From assembly GCA_049724395.1 (NCBI GenBank), contig JAUGWO010000104.1, positions 1 through 64,000 on the forward strand: 64,000 nt of DNA. The letters run 5' to 3'. How positions within the stretch are numbered: position 1 is the first letter of the stretch; every line of letters begins with the position of its first letter. This document shows, one piece after another, positions 24,036-37,958 of the stretch. The translations under genes and the position numbers were made by a program. The DNA comes from Spongospora subterranea f. sp. subterranea (taxonomy: Eukaryota). The notes under the pieces are model-generated. The model was not told where the DNA came from and ran no database searches. It saw only the letters and a program-made list of their open reading frames with translations.

Positions 24036-26166
24036 ATGGCAGAAGCGGCTGGGCCAACGCGATATCAGAAACTGGCCAAAATCGGGAAGGGATCGTTCGG
24101 TGATGTGTATAAAGGATTAGATAGGGAGACGCAAGGAATTGTGGCGATCAAGGTGATTGACCTTGAGGCTGCTGAGGACGAAATTGAAGATATCCAGCAA
24201 GAGATATGCGTCCTATCGCAGTGCCATTCTCAACACATCACTCAGTATTATGGATCATATCTAAGCGATCATGAGTTATGGATTATCATGGAGTATCTTG
24301 GAGGAGGATCAATACTTGACCTGATGGAAGAGGCCCCATTAGAGGAGACTTATATTGCTATCATCATCAGAGAAATTATCAAAGGTCTCGAGTATCTTCA
24401 TGAGCGGAACAAGATTCATCGAGATATCAAGGCTGCCAATGTCCTTCTTTCATCTAAAGGTGAAGTCAAGTTGGCGGATTTCGGCGTCGTCGGTCAATTA
24501 TCTAATACGGTATGTTGTCCGCTTATCCATTTCCAATAGCATTGTCAGTCTGAACACAATGCAGATGAGAAAACGGAATACATTTGTTGGGACCCCTTTC
24601 TGGATGGCCCCAGAGGTTATCCAGCAAAGCGATTATGATGAAAAAGCCGATATCTGGTCCTTAGGAATAACAGCGATTGAGATGGCGACGGGCGAACCGC
24701 CATATGCCAATATCCATCCAATGAGGGTATTGTTTATTATCCCAAAACAGAAACCAGCACGGTTAGAAGGGAACTTTTCCAAAAACTTCAAGGATTTTGT
24801 GGAAAAGTGTCTTCAAAAAGAACCAAATTCAAGGTAAAAATTACATCAAGTCAGTCTTATCATAAATCTGACGTAGGGAGGGTCTAGACCATCTGCTAAG
24901 GAACTGCTTAAACACAAATTTGTCAGAAATGCGAAGAAGATCTCTTGCCTTGTCGATCTCTTAGAGCGTGTATCCCAAGACAGGGACACTGGCGTAAGTC
25001 ATTTTGGTCTGATTTTGCATCCATTTCACGGTATTCAACGTTTTTTTTAGCTTGACCGCGACGACCAGCAATACGGCACACTACGTCAAGCACCCACTGC
25101 TGATGATTCGTGGCTATTCAACACCATTAAAGGTTCACCGGCGGACGAGGATCTAGGCGATAGCAAACTAGGCGACGATGCCGCTGATGTATGGGATTGT
25201 TTGTTTGGCTGTGTTGAATGCAACTTATGGGAGAGTTTCTCTTACAGATGCTAAACAATGAAGACACCGAAAACTTGTTTGGTAGCTCATGTGGCACTAT
25301 CCGCATAAGAGGCGGTCTTCCCGGAATGGAGAGTGTTGAATGTAGGGTGATGGATCTTGTCAGATGTCACATTTTCTTATCTGCCAACACAGCCACTGAT
25401 TTTGAACCTTTCGCCGATGCTGACATTGGTGACGGCTTTGGCACAGTCAAAAGAATTCCCAAAGCTGCTGCTCGTACTGACCCTGACCGTAAGAATGCCT
25501 CAGGAATTACTCATTCAAGATCTTACTTTTGATGTTTAGAACCACTGGATTGCGGAGACCCCTTCGCGTATACTGATAGCGACGGTGACGGTTACGGAAG
25601 CGTCAGCGGGTTCTCAATCACTAACGGTAATGACACGGTTAAAATCAGGGCAAAACCGTCGCGGTCAAAGTCTTCAGAAATCAGCGAACTCGATTCCGGC
25701 ATGGAGGCTGTCCATTTAGGAATTCCTGTTATGCCGAAAGAAACTCGCGATAACATCAACCTCGCCTCTGCCACCTGTCTTTCCCATGCCATTGACCCCG
25801 TTCTTGCCGGTCTTGGTTCCGGCGCTCACGGTAAGCTTGCTAGGGCAGTCGACGACCTCCGGGCTGCTTTCCAAGCGATGCATGCGGCCGATCCAACTGC
25901 AGTTGCCCGGTTTTACCAAGCATTAACTGCGAAAGAGAAAAATTCCCTCGATCATAATATCCCCGAGCAAAAAGTAGACCCAGGTGTTTCTGCCTCAGAA
26001 GTATCTCCTCCAATTCCCGCCGCAGTATTGCAACCCATCGAAAGCAAAAATAATCGCGGCCCTGGTCAGGGCATGTTTGGTATGTTTGCGATTATCGCCA
26101 AGCCATGGCTTTGTACTGAGCCCTTCTTCAGATACGCTGTTAAATCGATGGAAGAACCAAGCATGA
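24036..26166 (+). CDS. STE20-family Ser/Thr kinase (GCK-III, MST3/STK24/STK25-like), multi-exon
   Basis: [62 protein letters not shown]-terminal DTLLNRWK. Confidence 0.93.
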
Positions 26167-26240
26167 CCATAATTTAAATCCATTACCATATATAGAACAA
26201 TTATATTGATACGGTTTATATATATTATTTTGAATTATAG

Positions 26241-29200
26241 TTATGAGGGTTGTCCGGCATAATAGTAAATCCCTTGTTGTAGATATTGTATAGAGTCGTA
26301 CGTGTTGGTCGTGAACTTATTATAGGAATCCATAACGACCCCAACCATATGCTGAGCAGCATCGCGCTCATTCTTTTCCGGGACAAATCTTAATTTTAAG
26401 TTTCGAACAGAGTCAGGTTTGAAGCATCCAAGTGCACTATCGACCATGACGTCCGTTAACGCCAAGAAATCATCCCGGTGAGCTCTGACGGCAAGATAAC
26501 CACGGGCGCAAAGGTCCACGAACCAATTCCACATATCAGAGTCAACATTATCCATGACCTCAACCATCTCAAGGGTTAGCTTGAAACCAGCTGATTCGAA
26601 TTTGATATCTTTAGCAGGTGATATGTCAAAGATGAACCCGAAGTCGATATGGATAACGTGCCCGGCATCATCCAGAAGGATATTACCGTTATGCCTGTCT
26701 TTAACCTGCAAAAGATAGCAGCAAACGGCATACCCTGCCATGGATAGAGTAAAATTTCTTTGGGCCTGTTTAAAGGAGCTGCTCTCAGGCCTGCCATATT
26801 TTGATAAAAAATAATCGCGCAGGCTCAGGCCATTGCTTTTCCCAAGCTCATCACGAGAAGCCGACTGTCGAACACACTCAATGACACCACCAAGGTCACG
26901 AGACTGTCCAGTTCTGTTGGGGATAACGAGATAGGGGAATAAGAAAAGCGGCAGTCCAACTGAGTCCAATATGTCCTTGCATAAGCGAATGAACTGAAGC
27001 GCCAGACAATCTTGCCGACAGTCATCACCCGCTTTGAAAATCACCTGTTTGGTAAAAATCTTGTCCGATTTACCAGTAGACACAGATATGTCCTGATCAT
27101 CATCACTCTCAACTTCATGGCGCTCGTTTTGAACAAGAAATTCGACTAAAAACGGTACCCGAGCTGCGCTTTGTAGGGGTTTCGCGGTATCAACAACAAT
27201 GTCAATAACTTGAGCAGTATGATCGGTGGGAAGGTATAGAGGATAAGAAGACGTTTTAAGCGTGTCGTTGCGAATTCTCGCCAATTCTGACTGAAGACGG
27301 TTGCGCCGTTCTTCTTTCTGAGCTTTGGGAACAACTAGTAAATCTGAGGACAGACGGGTGATTTGCCCAAAAAAACTGAACTCAGCATGGAAAAATGCGG
27401 CAGCCTCAGGAGTGAAGGAAGAGATGACATCTCGTTCGAGAGCGGAGCAAATATTAGGAAGACCATCGTCCGATGTGCGGCGACGGGTGTCATCTAGCAC
27501 TGACTCCGTTTGCAATGCCCAAATGAGCTGATGTGCTGAAAAAGAAATTCAGCAAAACAGCGACGAGCCCAACTCAGTAAATGCACCTAAATGTGGAGAT
27601 TGTGTTCCAGCTGTTAACAAAAACGTGGCAAGGCTGCCATAGACATCGTGGCGCAGCGCTTGGATCATCTCTGGCATATAAAATATCACACCAGTATGGG
27701 CATGCTGAGCAAGACTTCTCATTGTAAACTGCAAACAGAACCCACTAATCAACTGACTGGACAGACACACGACGCAATTCGTCATTACCTGGTTGGCAAT
27801 GCGGTTACTAGAGTACGGTCTGCAAAGCAGGCGAAGAGCCATTGGAAGTGAGCACGACTCATAGAGATTAATGTGTTTGAGAATTGGGGATTCGGCCTTG
27901 CAATTGCGCGAGTTGCATAATAACCGGACAGCCTCTCCAATAGATCTGAACGCTAACGGTTGCGACCGGACTTTGGAGCGGATAAGTTGTCGCAGAACGA
28001 AAACGTACGGAAACCTTTGAGCTAAGCGATACGCGAGGTGCGGATCAACCTGCCAAGCAGTACTAAAATATCGCCGCCAATCATCTTGAGTGACACCGGT
28101 CGTCAGATTATGAGCGTATAGATTCTCGTCGCGCAGCATCTTATCGGGGTGACGACGCGGATTGTGCCAAGCAACAATGCGATGCAGCTCATGAGACATT
28201 AACAGCACCAACAGATCAACATGAGCACGAAGCGACCGAACACCAACCGTGACGGCATCGCCAACATCAGGTTGAAGGCCGAAATCCGCATCTGGCACAT
28301 TGCAATTGGCGTCGTCAGAACCAGGCAACGTTAAAGCCTCTGTAGGATCAGTGGCTGGACGAGCTGATCGCATAACTGACGGCTGTGGAACAGAACCATG
28401 CACAGAAACAGCGGCCTCCATTAGAGCTCCATGTCTAGAACTAACAGAGGCGGCCGCCGCTGCGGCAGCGTTCACTGTGGAAAGCTGAACGGGAGGAGCG
28501 GGCGACGACATATCCCGACGAATGGCTTCGATAAAGCTGACAATAGTGTGCCCGTCACGTATCACCTGAGCAAATGTCTCATGCTGAGGCCATCGTGGAC
28601 CATCGGTGAACCACGCGAACGCCGCTGACATGACGCGGTCCCGAAGCAGTTCTTGAGATTGACCAGAGTGAACCATACGTAATCCAAGCAAAAGCATACG
28701 GAAACGGGCACTAAAAGCAGTTGGAGCAAGACTGATGAAGTCAGGTCTCGAAAGGGCTTTATGAAGCATGACCTGGACGGCACGACAAGACCCAGCACTG
28801 CAGTCAGCGATTGTATCAAACCTGTCCAACAAGAAAGATATCCATGCATCATGGGGCGCCGTTAGATTGCGATCTGAATGGTAGGCTGACGATAACCGTG
28901 TGAATAAACAGCCTGAGAACTGAGCAGCCTTAGAAGATGGTGGCACCGCAAACAGACCTAGACGGGTTTCGACAGTGTATGACCATGCTGATTTCATAGT
29001 GACAAGCAATCCGACAGAGAACGCATGAGACACCGCAAAAATCCATGACCATATTTGAATTGCACACGCCACGCTAGACTCTGTGAACATATAAACCGGT
29101 GCCATGCATAAAAGGTGCATTAGCTCCCTGGGATCAACAGCTTTATGAGATGCTAAAGGCAGAGGTGAATGCAAGCATGCAGCATGATCCTCGGCAGCAG

Positions 29201-32200
29201 CCGGAGTGACCGACCACACTAATAGCCCTGCTGACAAGTACATGCAACGGCGGAATAACGGTTCCTGGTCTTTATCACCTTGACGGTACTTGCCCAATAC
29301 TGAATGAAATTCTGAGAGCAGCTCAGCAGCCATAACAAATCCAAATGGTTGGATATTCGTTGTTCTTTGGCAAAAAGCGAAGAACCTTCCACGTATATCG
29401 CCGAGATACCTCTGCCTTGCAGTCAACGCATGTGTGAATGAGGCGATGGTCGGGTCCAGTTCTGATGGCAGTGAAAGTAATCCCTGCCTCTTCCCACTCA
29501 GGAGGTGGCGCAAAAGGGTATATATACCATAGGACGGCGATACAAGATTACGATCATGCCATTCTTGAACAAAAAGCTGTAGAATAGAGCACCTATAGGA
29601 AATACAGTGTTCAGATAGAAGTAATTTCAAATGAATGAATGTACTTACATATGTGCAGGGACTGTGAAAGTGGCATTTTCCAACCATCGGGTTAGAAGTT
29701 TCTGCACATGGGCGAGAATGACTGAACGAGATTTGATGTCATCGGGAAGGTCAATAATGAACCGCGCGCCTTGCTTGGGCTCTGTTGATGGCGGACCGAT
29801 CAGATCTAGAGATGAGAAAATCACGATACGATTGGAAAAACAGTTACAGACACAAACCGATATCATTCGTTGTTTCCTGCAAGGCACTGACCAGCTCAAA
29901 CAATGTCGCTAAACAGCGTTTGCTCCATTGCAGAAAAGGAAACCGACTAACTATTTCTTTAAGGCACAATGCCGCTTTGTTCGCAACTCTCTGATGTCGA
30001 CTGCATAGCTGAGCAAATAGGAATATAACGTGTGATTCAAGGTTATGTCTGCGGAAAGAATCCGGCGGTAGTGACGCCATCGCATCAAGATACAACTGGA
30101 AAACCCGGTCGACAACTGTATCGATAATCTTGCTGACAGGAGCTATAGTCTGATCGTGCAAATAAACAAAGATAAGTGTTGCCGAACCAGATATAGCTCG
30201 TGATGATTCCAGAGCATCAACGGCTAAAACATAAGTCAGCGCCCCTATTGCCATCACAGAACTGACGGATGCGCTTGTTGGATATAATGAGCACAGTCTG
30301 GCTCGAAGTTCGCCAACGCAAACCTGGAAAAAATTAGCGCTAAAGCAATTCAGGTAATGAAACGGATACCTGACTGATACCGGTCTCAGCGAACAAACTG
30401 ACGTCATGCTGCGGCCCAGACAATGACAGTGCTAATGCAGGACTATGAGCAGCAATTGTTTGAACTGCACTGGCCCAAGCAGGTGGCCAGAATGTCCCAG
30501 AGTTAGCATCCGTAAAGCGATAAAGGACTGATTTGAAAGAATCAGCGACGTTGACATTTACGAACCAATTCTCATACCCAAATAATTCCACAGTGTTCGA
30601 AACCATTTCACGTCGGCTTCTGGTGAATCAAACGCAGTCACGGGCTTAGGAAGTGGCTCTGATTGATGATCCCACGGCGACATGACCGCAAGACTTTGAT
30701 GGCGATGAACAACTGACGCCATTCCTCGTGCAATCAGTGCACCATCACTCAATGCGCCGGGAGATGATGAGGGATCAGAAGGGATCATCAACGCAGCTAG
30801 TGCAGGAAGTAAGAACCCTAAAACTCCTGCCATCGATGACGAATTATGAAGAGCTGACTGTTCCATCCTTTCCTGTATCTGTCTACCAAGTACCTTAAAA
30901 AGCTTCAAAAGCGATTTAAGCAGGCTGATTCTGAGATCCGGGACCGTGACATTGGTTGCAAGATAAAGTAGAGCATCAGGAATCTCCTTTCTATTCCATT
31001 TGTTGTCCGGGATAAACGGCTTGCTGTAAATGCTGGTAAGAAGAGCAACGACGTCTTGGAAGACCCGTGGCTCGCTGACCAGAGCGATATTGGTGAGATG
31101 AGGAATCACAATATGTAAAAGCTTCGGAGAGTTGGTAAATCGATTCATTAACATTGGGAGTACATGCCCAGTCAGTTTCGGATTGTTTACCATTGACGTA
31201 ACTCGACCTAACAAAAGCAGTAATGATTGATCTGTCATCGTTGATTCCTCTTGATCGTTGGGCGCCACAAGAAGGTTGTGGTCTAAGGAAAACACCAGTT
31301 TACGAAGCGATCATATCCTTAAACTGGCGTCCAGGAATAGATAGTTCAGCCTTAAGAATGTCCGCCAAAGCAGACGAAACAGATTCGTGCAAGTCTTCGT
31401 AATCTGAGTGTTGCTGCAAACTTGGACTCTCCAATAACGCTTTTAGCTGATCTACAGCTGTACCAATAAGGCTGTGATCGTGAATAGCAAGCCGGACAAT
31501 TCCGGCTAGCATTTGAGTAAAAACGGCTTTGCATGAAGATGAAGGAAGATTTTCGACATTGGCGCGACAGGATACTCTCAGCAGCTTCATTAGACAATGA
31601 AGTAAATCGGGAGCCAAATCCGCTTGGGACAGAGCACATGATACACAAATTTGAGCGCATGCGGCGTACATATCGACAGATATTGGCGCTGATGGAGTTA
31701 TCCGCCAGTCAGTGGCGTCTTTGAATCCAAGAACCCCTAAAGCCTGCTTATACAGCGACTGGCGTAATACTGCATCATCGTTTAAACATGACTGCAGTTG
31801 TTGGCTGATAGCTCGAATAGAGCGAATTTGCACTTGGGACCACTGATGGCGTCGTCTTCTGTGTCTGCTAGCGGCGAGGTGCACTGCCTGGTCACGTGCC
31901 AATGTCAAAGCGGACAGCAACGGTTCACGAAGTAGCTCCGATTGTGAAAATATAGGGAGTTCGCACAGCGCTTGTAGGACACCTAATAGTACAGGAAGGT
32001 TCAGAGCGCTCAAAGCGCTGCTCAAAGTTGATCGTATCACATGGGTTGTCGAAATGTCGGATTCGGCACGGCAGATCGCTTTGCATAATGATGCTATGAA
32101 GATCGGATCTAGTCTATTACTAGCAGGATCGCGGTAATTCAGTGAGAGTATTTGAAGATATAGAAATGTAGCCGGGGTTTGCTGGGCACCACTTATAGTC

Positions 32201-32430
32201 AGAAGACATGCAGATGAGCGAGCGTCCATGGAATATTGGCTATTCCACGTCGCCAAGTCTGTTATTCCAATAGAGTTCAACTCATGTAATAACGGCGATT
32301 TGTGGATTGTTGATGGATCAGGTAGAACAGGGCAAAGAAGCATCAGCCTGGATATAGCTGGTGCTGGATCTGTACTGTTTTCTAAACATGATGACAGAAG
32401 ATCCAGCGCGCGTGGATACAAAGCCATCAA
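26241..32430 (-). CDS. PI4KA: Phosphatidylinositol 4-kinase alpha (STT4/PI4KA type), multi-exon
   Basis: Long helical N-terminus; PIK domain FYMPEMIQALRHD; kinase motifs LQSAARVPF, IFKAGDDCRQDCLALQ, QVKDRHNGNIL, HIDFGF, FESAGFKLT. Confidence 0.92.
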
Positions 32431-33135
32431 GAAGGCAACGGTATCATGGAGGTGGACTCGATCACCTTAATCGGAGCGAGTACATCCGATTGGAAAAATG
32501 GGTATTATGTTATTTCTGCAATGGGACAAAGCTGACCTCCTCAGGACTGTACTGCAGCCTCCTCTTCCGATCACGGGTCGGCTCGAGGCCGGCGTGTACA
32601 GTGTAGGTAATGCTCGTGATTGAGCTAGTGATTGATCACTGCCTTGGGTGTATATACCATATACTCTGTCACGTTATTTAGCACAACAGGCTGAATACCA
32701 GTGAACACGGCTTCACCGGCAGATGACGAGCCGGTCTTCCGACAAATGAGAAATGCATCGGTATTTTTTTTATGACAGCAAAGTTGAAAGTGCGCTTATC
32801 GAATCAGCCTCAAGTTCTTCATCGATCGAGTTTAGGACCATGGCGACGTTTTCAATAAATATTCAATTTAATACCGAACGGTTTTTTTTACCTCAACTTT
32901 TCACCTTTGAGGTCATAGCAATCTGCCGGTCAGAATCGCCTGGTAATTCAAGTGACATATATTCAATCATCTTTCAGCACCAACCAACCCCGCTATTCCT
33001 CCCCATACCTGTTGGTCATCGATCCAGAAAATTCGCGTTTAGTGAAACCCTGAATCGTAAACCCTGGCAGTGTGGGGTTTCTGTTATTGCTTTGCGCCAG
33101 TATGTTCCAGACGTTACACTAATCTAACAATAATA

Positions 33136-33963
33136 ATGAAATCTAACAATAGTTATTTCTGTAAGGGCGAGCAAATCGATTAACAAAGCGTTCATACTTG
33201 ATATTGTTGCCTAGGGGGACCGCCAGATTCGACAGTCGACTGGTGCGAAGCCAATTATGTCTACGCGGAATGTCTTGCTGAGACGTTCAACGCCATATCG
33301 TCTCTTCCCATTGTGGCGTTCGGCGTTATCGGGATATTCGCCTATATCAAGAATTGCCATTATGACCTCAGATTTCTCGTCGCCTTCATCGCGTATACAA
33401 TTGTTGGGATAGGGTCAGCCCTGTTTCACGGAACGTTGAGAAGATCAGCGCAAATGCTTGACGAGATTCCAATGGTAATTGTCAATTCTGCCTGCATTTA
33501 CATGTTGATCGAATGGCGCTCCAAACGGCATTATCCTTATCTTCCTCATGTCATAACTGCTCTGACTTCCCTAGTATTGCTCATGTACATGTTTTGCGAT
33601 CAATATGGTTTCTTCATTACAACATTTGTACTACAATCTGCTTTCATCACCATTTCCTCGTTTAAAGTCGCCAATCAGCTTCGGAAAGGGGACCAGTCTA
33701 AGAGGCTCTGTTCCGCTTTATTCACTGCTTCATATCTCATGTACTTCAGTGGCATCATACTATGGCTAATGGATATCATCTTATGCCCATACGTCCAGTC
33801 GTTCCATCTCCATTCATTTTGGCATTTACTCTCTGGAGCTGCGACATTCATCTGGCTACAGTTTCAGATTGGAGTTCGAGGCGTCAACACAGGACATAGG
33901 ATCGCCATCAGTCATTTGATACTTCCCATTGTTGCCTATCAAGATAATATTAAAGGGAAATGA
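33136..33963 (+). CDS. Alkaline ceramidase (ACER3/YPC1-like), 2 exons
   Basis: FWGPPDSTVDWCEANY..AETFNAISS, VGIGSALFHGTL..QMLDEIPM, HLHSFWHLLSG. Confidence 0.93.
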
Positions 33964-34388
33964 ATAAAAAGGTCAACAACAATAAAATCCATGGCATTGA
34001 AGGCGTTCTGTACTGAAACAACCATAATGTGGTTTTTTTTTTGTGCTATGACATTTTGATAATTTTTTACAAACAACATGCCATAGATTTTTATTCGTGA
34101 ACCAACCGACTGTCCTTATTAAGGGTCGTAAGTTTGGTGTCAGGTGTGTCCTTGAATCTCAGTAGACACGGTCGCGACGGTTATGACGCTTTGGGAGTCT
34201 TATTGTTTTGTACCCAATGGTGTTGACGTGAGTGGGTATGTACAGTACACTTGTCGGGCTGACGACGTAGTATTCCCGACCGTTACCGTTACCACTGTAT
34301 CTCCCTTTCTGCACCTGAACTCCTGAAGACAGGTTACAGCGACGAATTCAGTCATTACATTACGAACAAGGGGACTCACAACCTTATC

Positions 34389-37225
34389 ATGGCGTCTAAT
34401 CGTCGCCTGAGCTCGGGATTTGGGCTATGGACGGAAACATGCCAGCCCCTTGATCTAGGGGGCAACGATGATGAGGCGGAAAGGGAGCTGTTGAGGATGC
34501 ATAGAGAGAAACGTCGACAATCCAATACCCCTACGTCGAGAAGAAGGTTCTTTCACATTGATTTCTTGATCTGCGTGCCAGAACTGGTACATATAATCCG
34601 TTGACATAGATTATCTGCCCTACCTGGCCGCAATGAGTCCAGCAAGATTGTCTCAGAAATGTATGATCGATGCATCAAAATGTCGGCAGAAAATAAGATC
34701 AATCGGCAGAACACCTGGGACTTAACTTTGATAGATCATATTGATGATATGATTGGTCAGTCTGGTACTGATACTAATTTCCAAAAAGCGAGGTGTAGTA
34801 AAGAAAAAGGTTGCCTTCCGGGACTGTTTTTGACTGTTGTAAATCTGGTAGCTGCACCCTGGATGCCTCTGTTAAGATTTATTCTTACCGAGTCGATTCC
34901 GTACATCACGACATGTTCAAGGTCAACTCCACAAACTGTCTCTGGCAAGGTGATTCAAGCCGTGCATAGGTATTAGGAGGGCTGAATAGGACCGAGCAAG
35001 TAGACGAGGACAATGGAAATCTTGAAAATGGTAAAGTGGGCGTATTTGTACCGGCACGACTATTCATCATCAAGTATGTCGCAGAAGGAGAAGACAACGG
35101 CACTGACATTCCCGTCCGTCCTCGTGCACAGAACCGTAATCAATTGAACAGCCACCTGGAGACACGAACCGCATCACTATCGGTCCCGTTATCCGAGCTT
35201 TTATTTGAAGTTGATCCAATGTTTCAAAGAGCGGCATCGTCATTTGACGAAGGCGGTGCAAAGGGTTTACTGTTAAACCAGTTAGCTGTTGGTCAAGGTT
35301 GCCATATCGTGTTTGACTTTTCCGCCGCAGTGGGCAGTTCTGTTCCGGTAATCAAACATCAAGTAATGAGAACCATAGCATACCTTATGCGTTTATTAGG
35401 AGGTTGACTCTGGCGCTTCCAAAGTTGATATATCTTTCTTCACGTCACATTGGAATACTGCAACTTCTTCGCAAACTCCATTACAGTTATCGCCGCTGAC
35501 GGCCTTACTTCGGTCATCTTTGAATGAAAATCAGGAGTTTCAAGGCATCACTCAGTTCGCGGATGATGTTCGTTCTTTACCAAGAGATTAGCAAGCCCTG
35601 ATTACTGCTTTGTTTTTAGGACGGATTCGGTAATGATGTACCGATGACAAACGACATGGATCATAGCGATGCTGACGATTGGAATATGTCGCCACCCTTC
35701 GACTCCAATTTTTGCGACTCGTTAGCGAATAGTGGTCAGAGGCGGCTGCCAGAATTGTGCCTTTGGTCATATCAGAACTTTAGGCGATCATGTTTTCGAT
35801 GTTGATGCTCAAGAAACTGCTCTGTATCAAGAGTTGCAGCAGGATCAGGGTAAACAAATCCTCGTCAATTCAAATTCGCTAAACTCTATGTTAGAGGCCG
35901 AAAAAGACGAGTTGTTTGACTCAACAATTCCCGTATTAAGAGTATCGTCACCATGCAGCTCCCGCCGAACTAGCTCGGCTTTATCTGATATAATGGGACA
36001 TGGGGCGCTAGCCACTGATACTTTCATTTTAACAAAGAATTGGGCAGGGCCAGGCCCTGGGAATGCTCATTGGAAATTCCGAAAAGATTTTCAGAATTCT
36101 GTCTGTGATATATGTTCTCGTTCTATGCGCTACCTGAACTTTTGATGCTATTTCCAGGATGAACAAATCCGATCGGTTATAACTAAACCTGGAAGAAGCA
36201 AAACAGTGCAGGATATTGATTTCAAGTCTGTGCTTCGTCTTTCCTACTACTTCATTAGCGCTAACGCGGATAATTGCTTTCAGCGGTCCTCCTGTCAATG
36301 TGAAAGAAGATTTATGTATTTCTGCACGGTCTAACAATACGTTATCTGATGCATTAATGAATCGGTCTGTAAAATCAGTGCATCTCTTGCCTACAGACCT
36401 TCGTATCGACAGCCATTCATTACAAAGGTGATCATGTTTTTTTTAAGTAACAACTTCTTTACATTTTGCTGTATGTAGATTGTTTCATCGACCACAACAA
36501 TCACTGAGACCTCTCACGAACAATGTTGCTCCATCAAATCAGGGCGATCTCTTGGTTAACTTCAATTATGATTATGAAAATGATCAAAACAATTTCTGCG
36601 CTGCCGATGATGACGACGACGGTGGTGACGAAGTGATTAATTATGGTGTCGAATATCCCGAGGTTCGATTCATCTGAAATTATACTTTTAAATGACTGAC
36701 ATGCATCATGTTGCTTCTGTTCAGCGATCAGATTTATTCGCTTCAGAATTCACGTTTGTTGATCAGCCTATTACTGCAGATAGAATCGAAATTGACTTTG
36801 CGAAAGCCTCGAAAAAAGTTGATATAAAGGAAAGTCCATTGAACATCACATCATGCGAAGCTTATTGTCTGATACAGGCAGTCAAACACTCACTTTGGGC
36901 TACGTTATCTGAAAAGACTGAAATGGCTCCTCGCATCACTGTTGAAGAATGTCAGTCCTTAGTTCAGCCGGAAACAATCGAGTGGCCATCTTTCAAAAAC
37001 ATGATTTCGTCTGTGTAAGCATTTTATGAAAAAAATAGGATGGATTCGAATTGACAAATTTATAGGCCGATTCCGGATTCATCTCGAGAGGCAATGTCGG
37101 TGCAACTATTTTTTATTTGTCTTTTACATTTAGCGAACGACAATGACCTGTTGTTCAAACCTGGTCAAGTTCCTCTGGGTGATTTCAGCATCGGTCGCCG
37201 AGCAGGTTCGCACGTTCGCGATTGA
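34389..37225 (+). CDS. NCAPH: Condensin I kleisin subunit (CAP-H/Barren/Brn1), multi-exon
   Basis: NDDEAER, CIKMSAENKINRQNTWDLTLID, NFQKASCTLDASVKIYSYRVDSVH, FEVDPMF..SFDEGGAKGLLLN, NWAGP..HWKFR, KKVDIK, FICLLHLANDNDL. Confidence 0.93.
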
Positions 37226-37450
37226 TCTTACCTTGATGCCACGCCTTGCATAACTATTCAATACATACTGATAAAATTGCTACAAAGAGCGATCAAATTT
37301 TCGGAAAACTCGCAGATTTTCGGAGTGCTGATTTGCGTGCGCAGTCCGTCAACGGGTACTGAAATTTGCTGATCTCGCTGATAAGGGCTCGTCCGTGTGT
37401 CGTCCTCACAAATCTAGCCATTTATTTTCCAAATTACCGTTTTGAGAGTA

Positions 37451-37903
37451 ATGGTGTCGTCCGTTTCAGCGTCTTTCAAGGCTAAAGTCAGCAGTCATGT
37501 TCAGAATCAAGCCGCTAAAGTTCACAACTCCAGGAAGAAATCACAGGTCAAAGAAATTTCAGCAGCCAAGCCTGAGGTGGATACCAAGACATCCAGCGAG
37601 CCCCATCCCGCCTTGCAATATTTGACTCTGTGGGATTCTGATAAATCTCAATGGAAATTTGCCAAAGCTCGTCAGATTTGGTTGTTGAAGAACATGATGA
37701 ATCGCGATAAAATTCCCAAAGCGTCGTTCAAAATGTTGCTCCGTTATATCAACAGTATGACAGGGCATGCGAGAACTGCCAGTATTGAGAAAGTCAAAGC
37801 CATTCTTGCCCAAACACCAAACGGAGAAGAGGACAAAACCCTTCGAAAATTTCAAAGGCGAGCGAAGTGCATACTAGCCGTTTTAGATGCTGATCATGAA
37901 TAG
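37451..37903 (+). CDS. WKF-domain protein (C7orf50-like)
   Basis: ALQYLTLWDSDKSQWKFAKARQIWLLKNM..IPKASFKMLLRYI; basic, intronless. Confidence 0.8.
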   Translation: MVSSVSASFKAKVSSHVQNQAAKVHNSRKKSQVKEISAAKPEVDTKTSSEPHPALQYLTLWDSDKSQWKFAKARQIWLLKNMMNRDKIPKASFKMLLRYINSMTGHARTASIEKVKAILAQTPNGEEDKTLRKFQRRAKCILAVLDADHE

Positions 37904-37958
37904 ACTCATCCTCATTTCAAATAATATATCTTGTTTATAATATTGCCGCAAACTTTCA

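Noticed and set aside
33045..33066. Scattered AAACCCT-like motifs as telomeric or telobox sequence
   Set aside because: Isolated imperfect copies with no tandem array.
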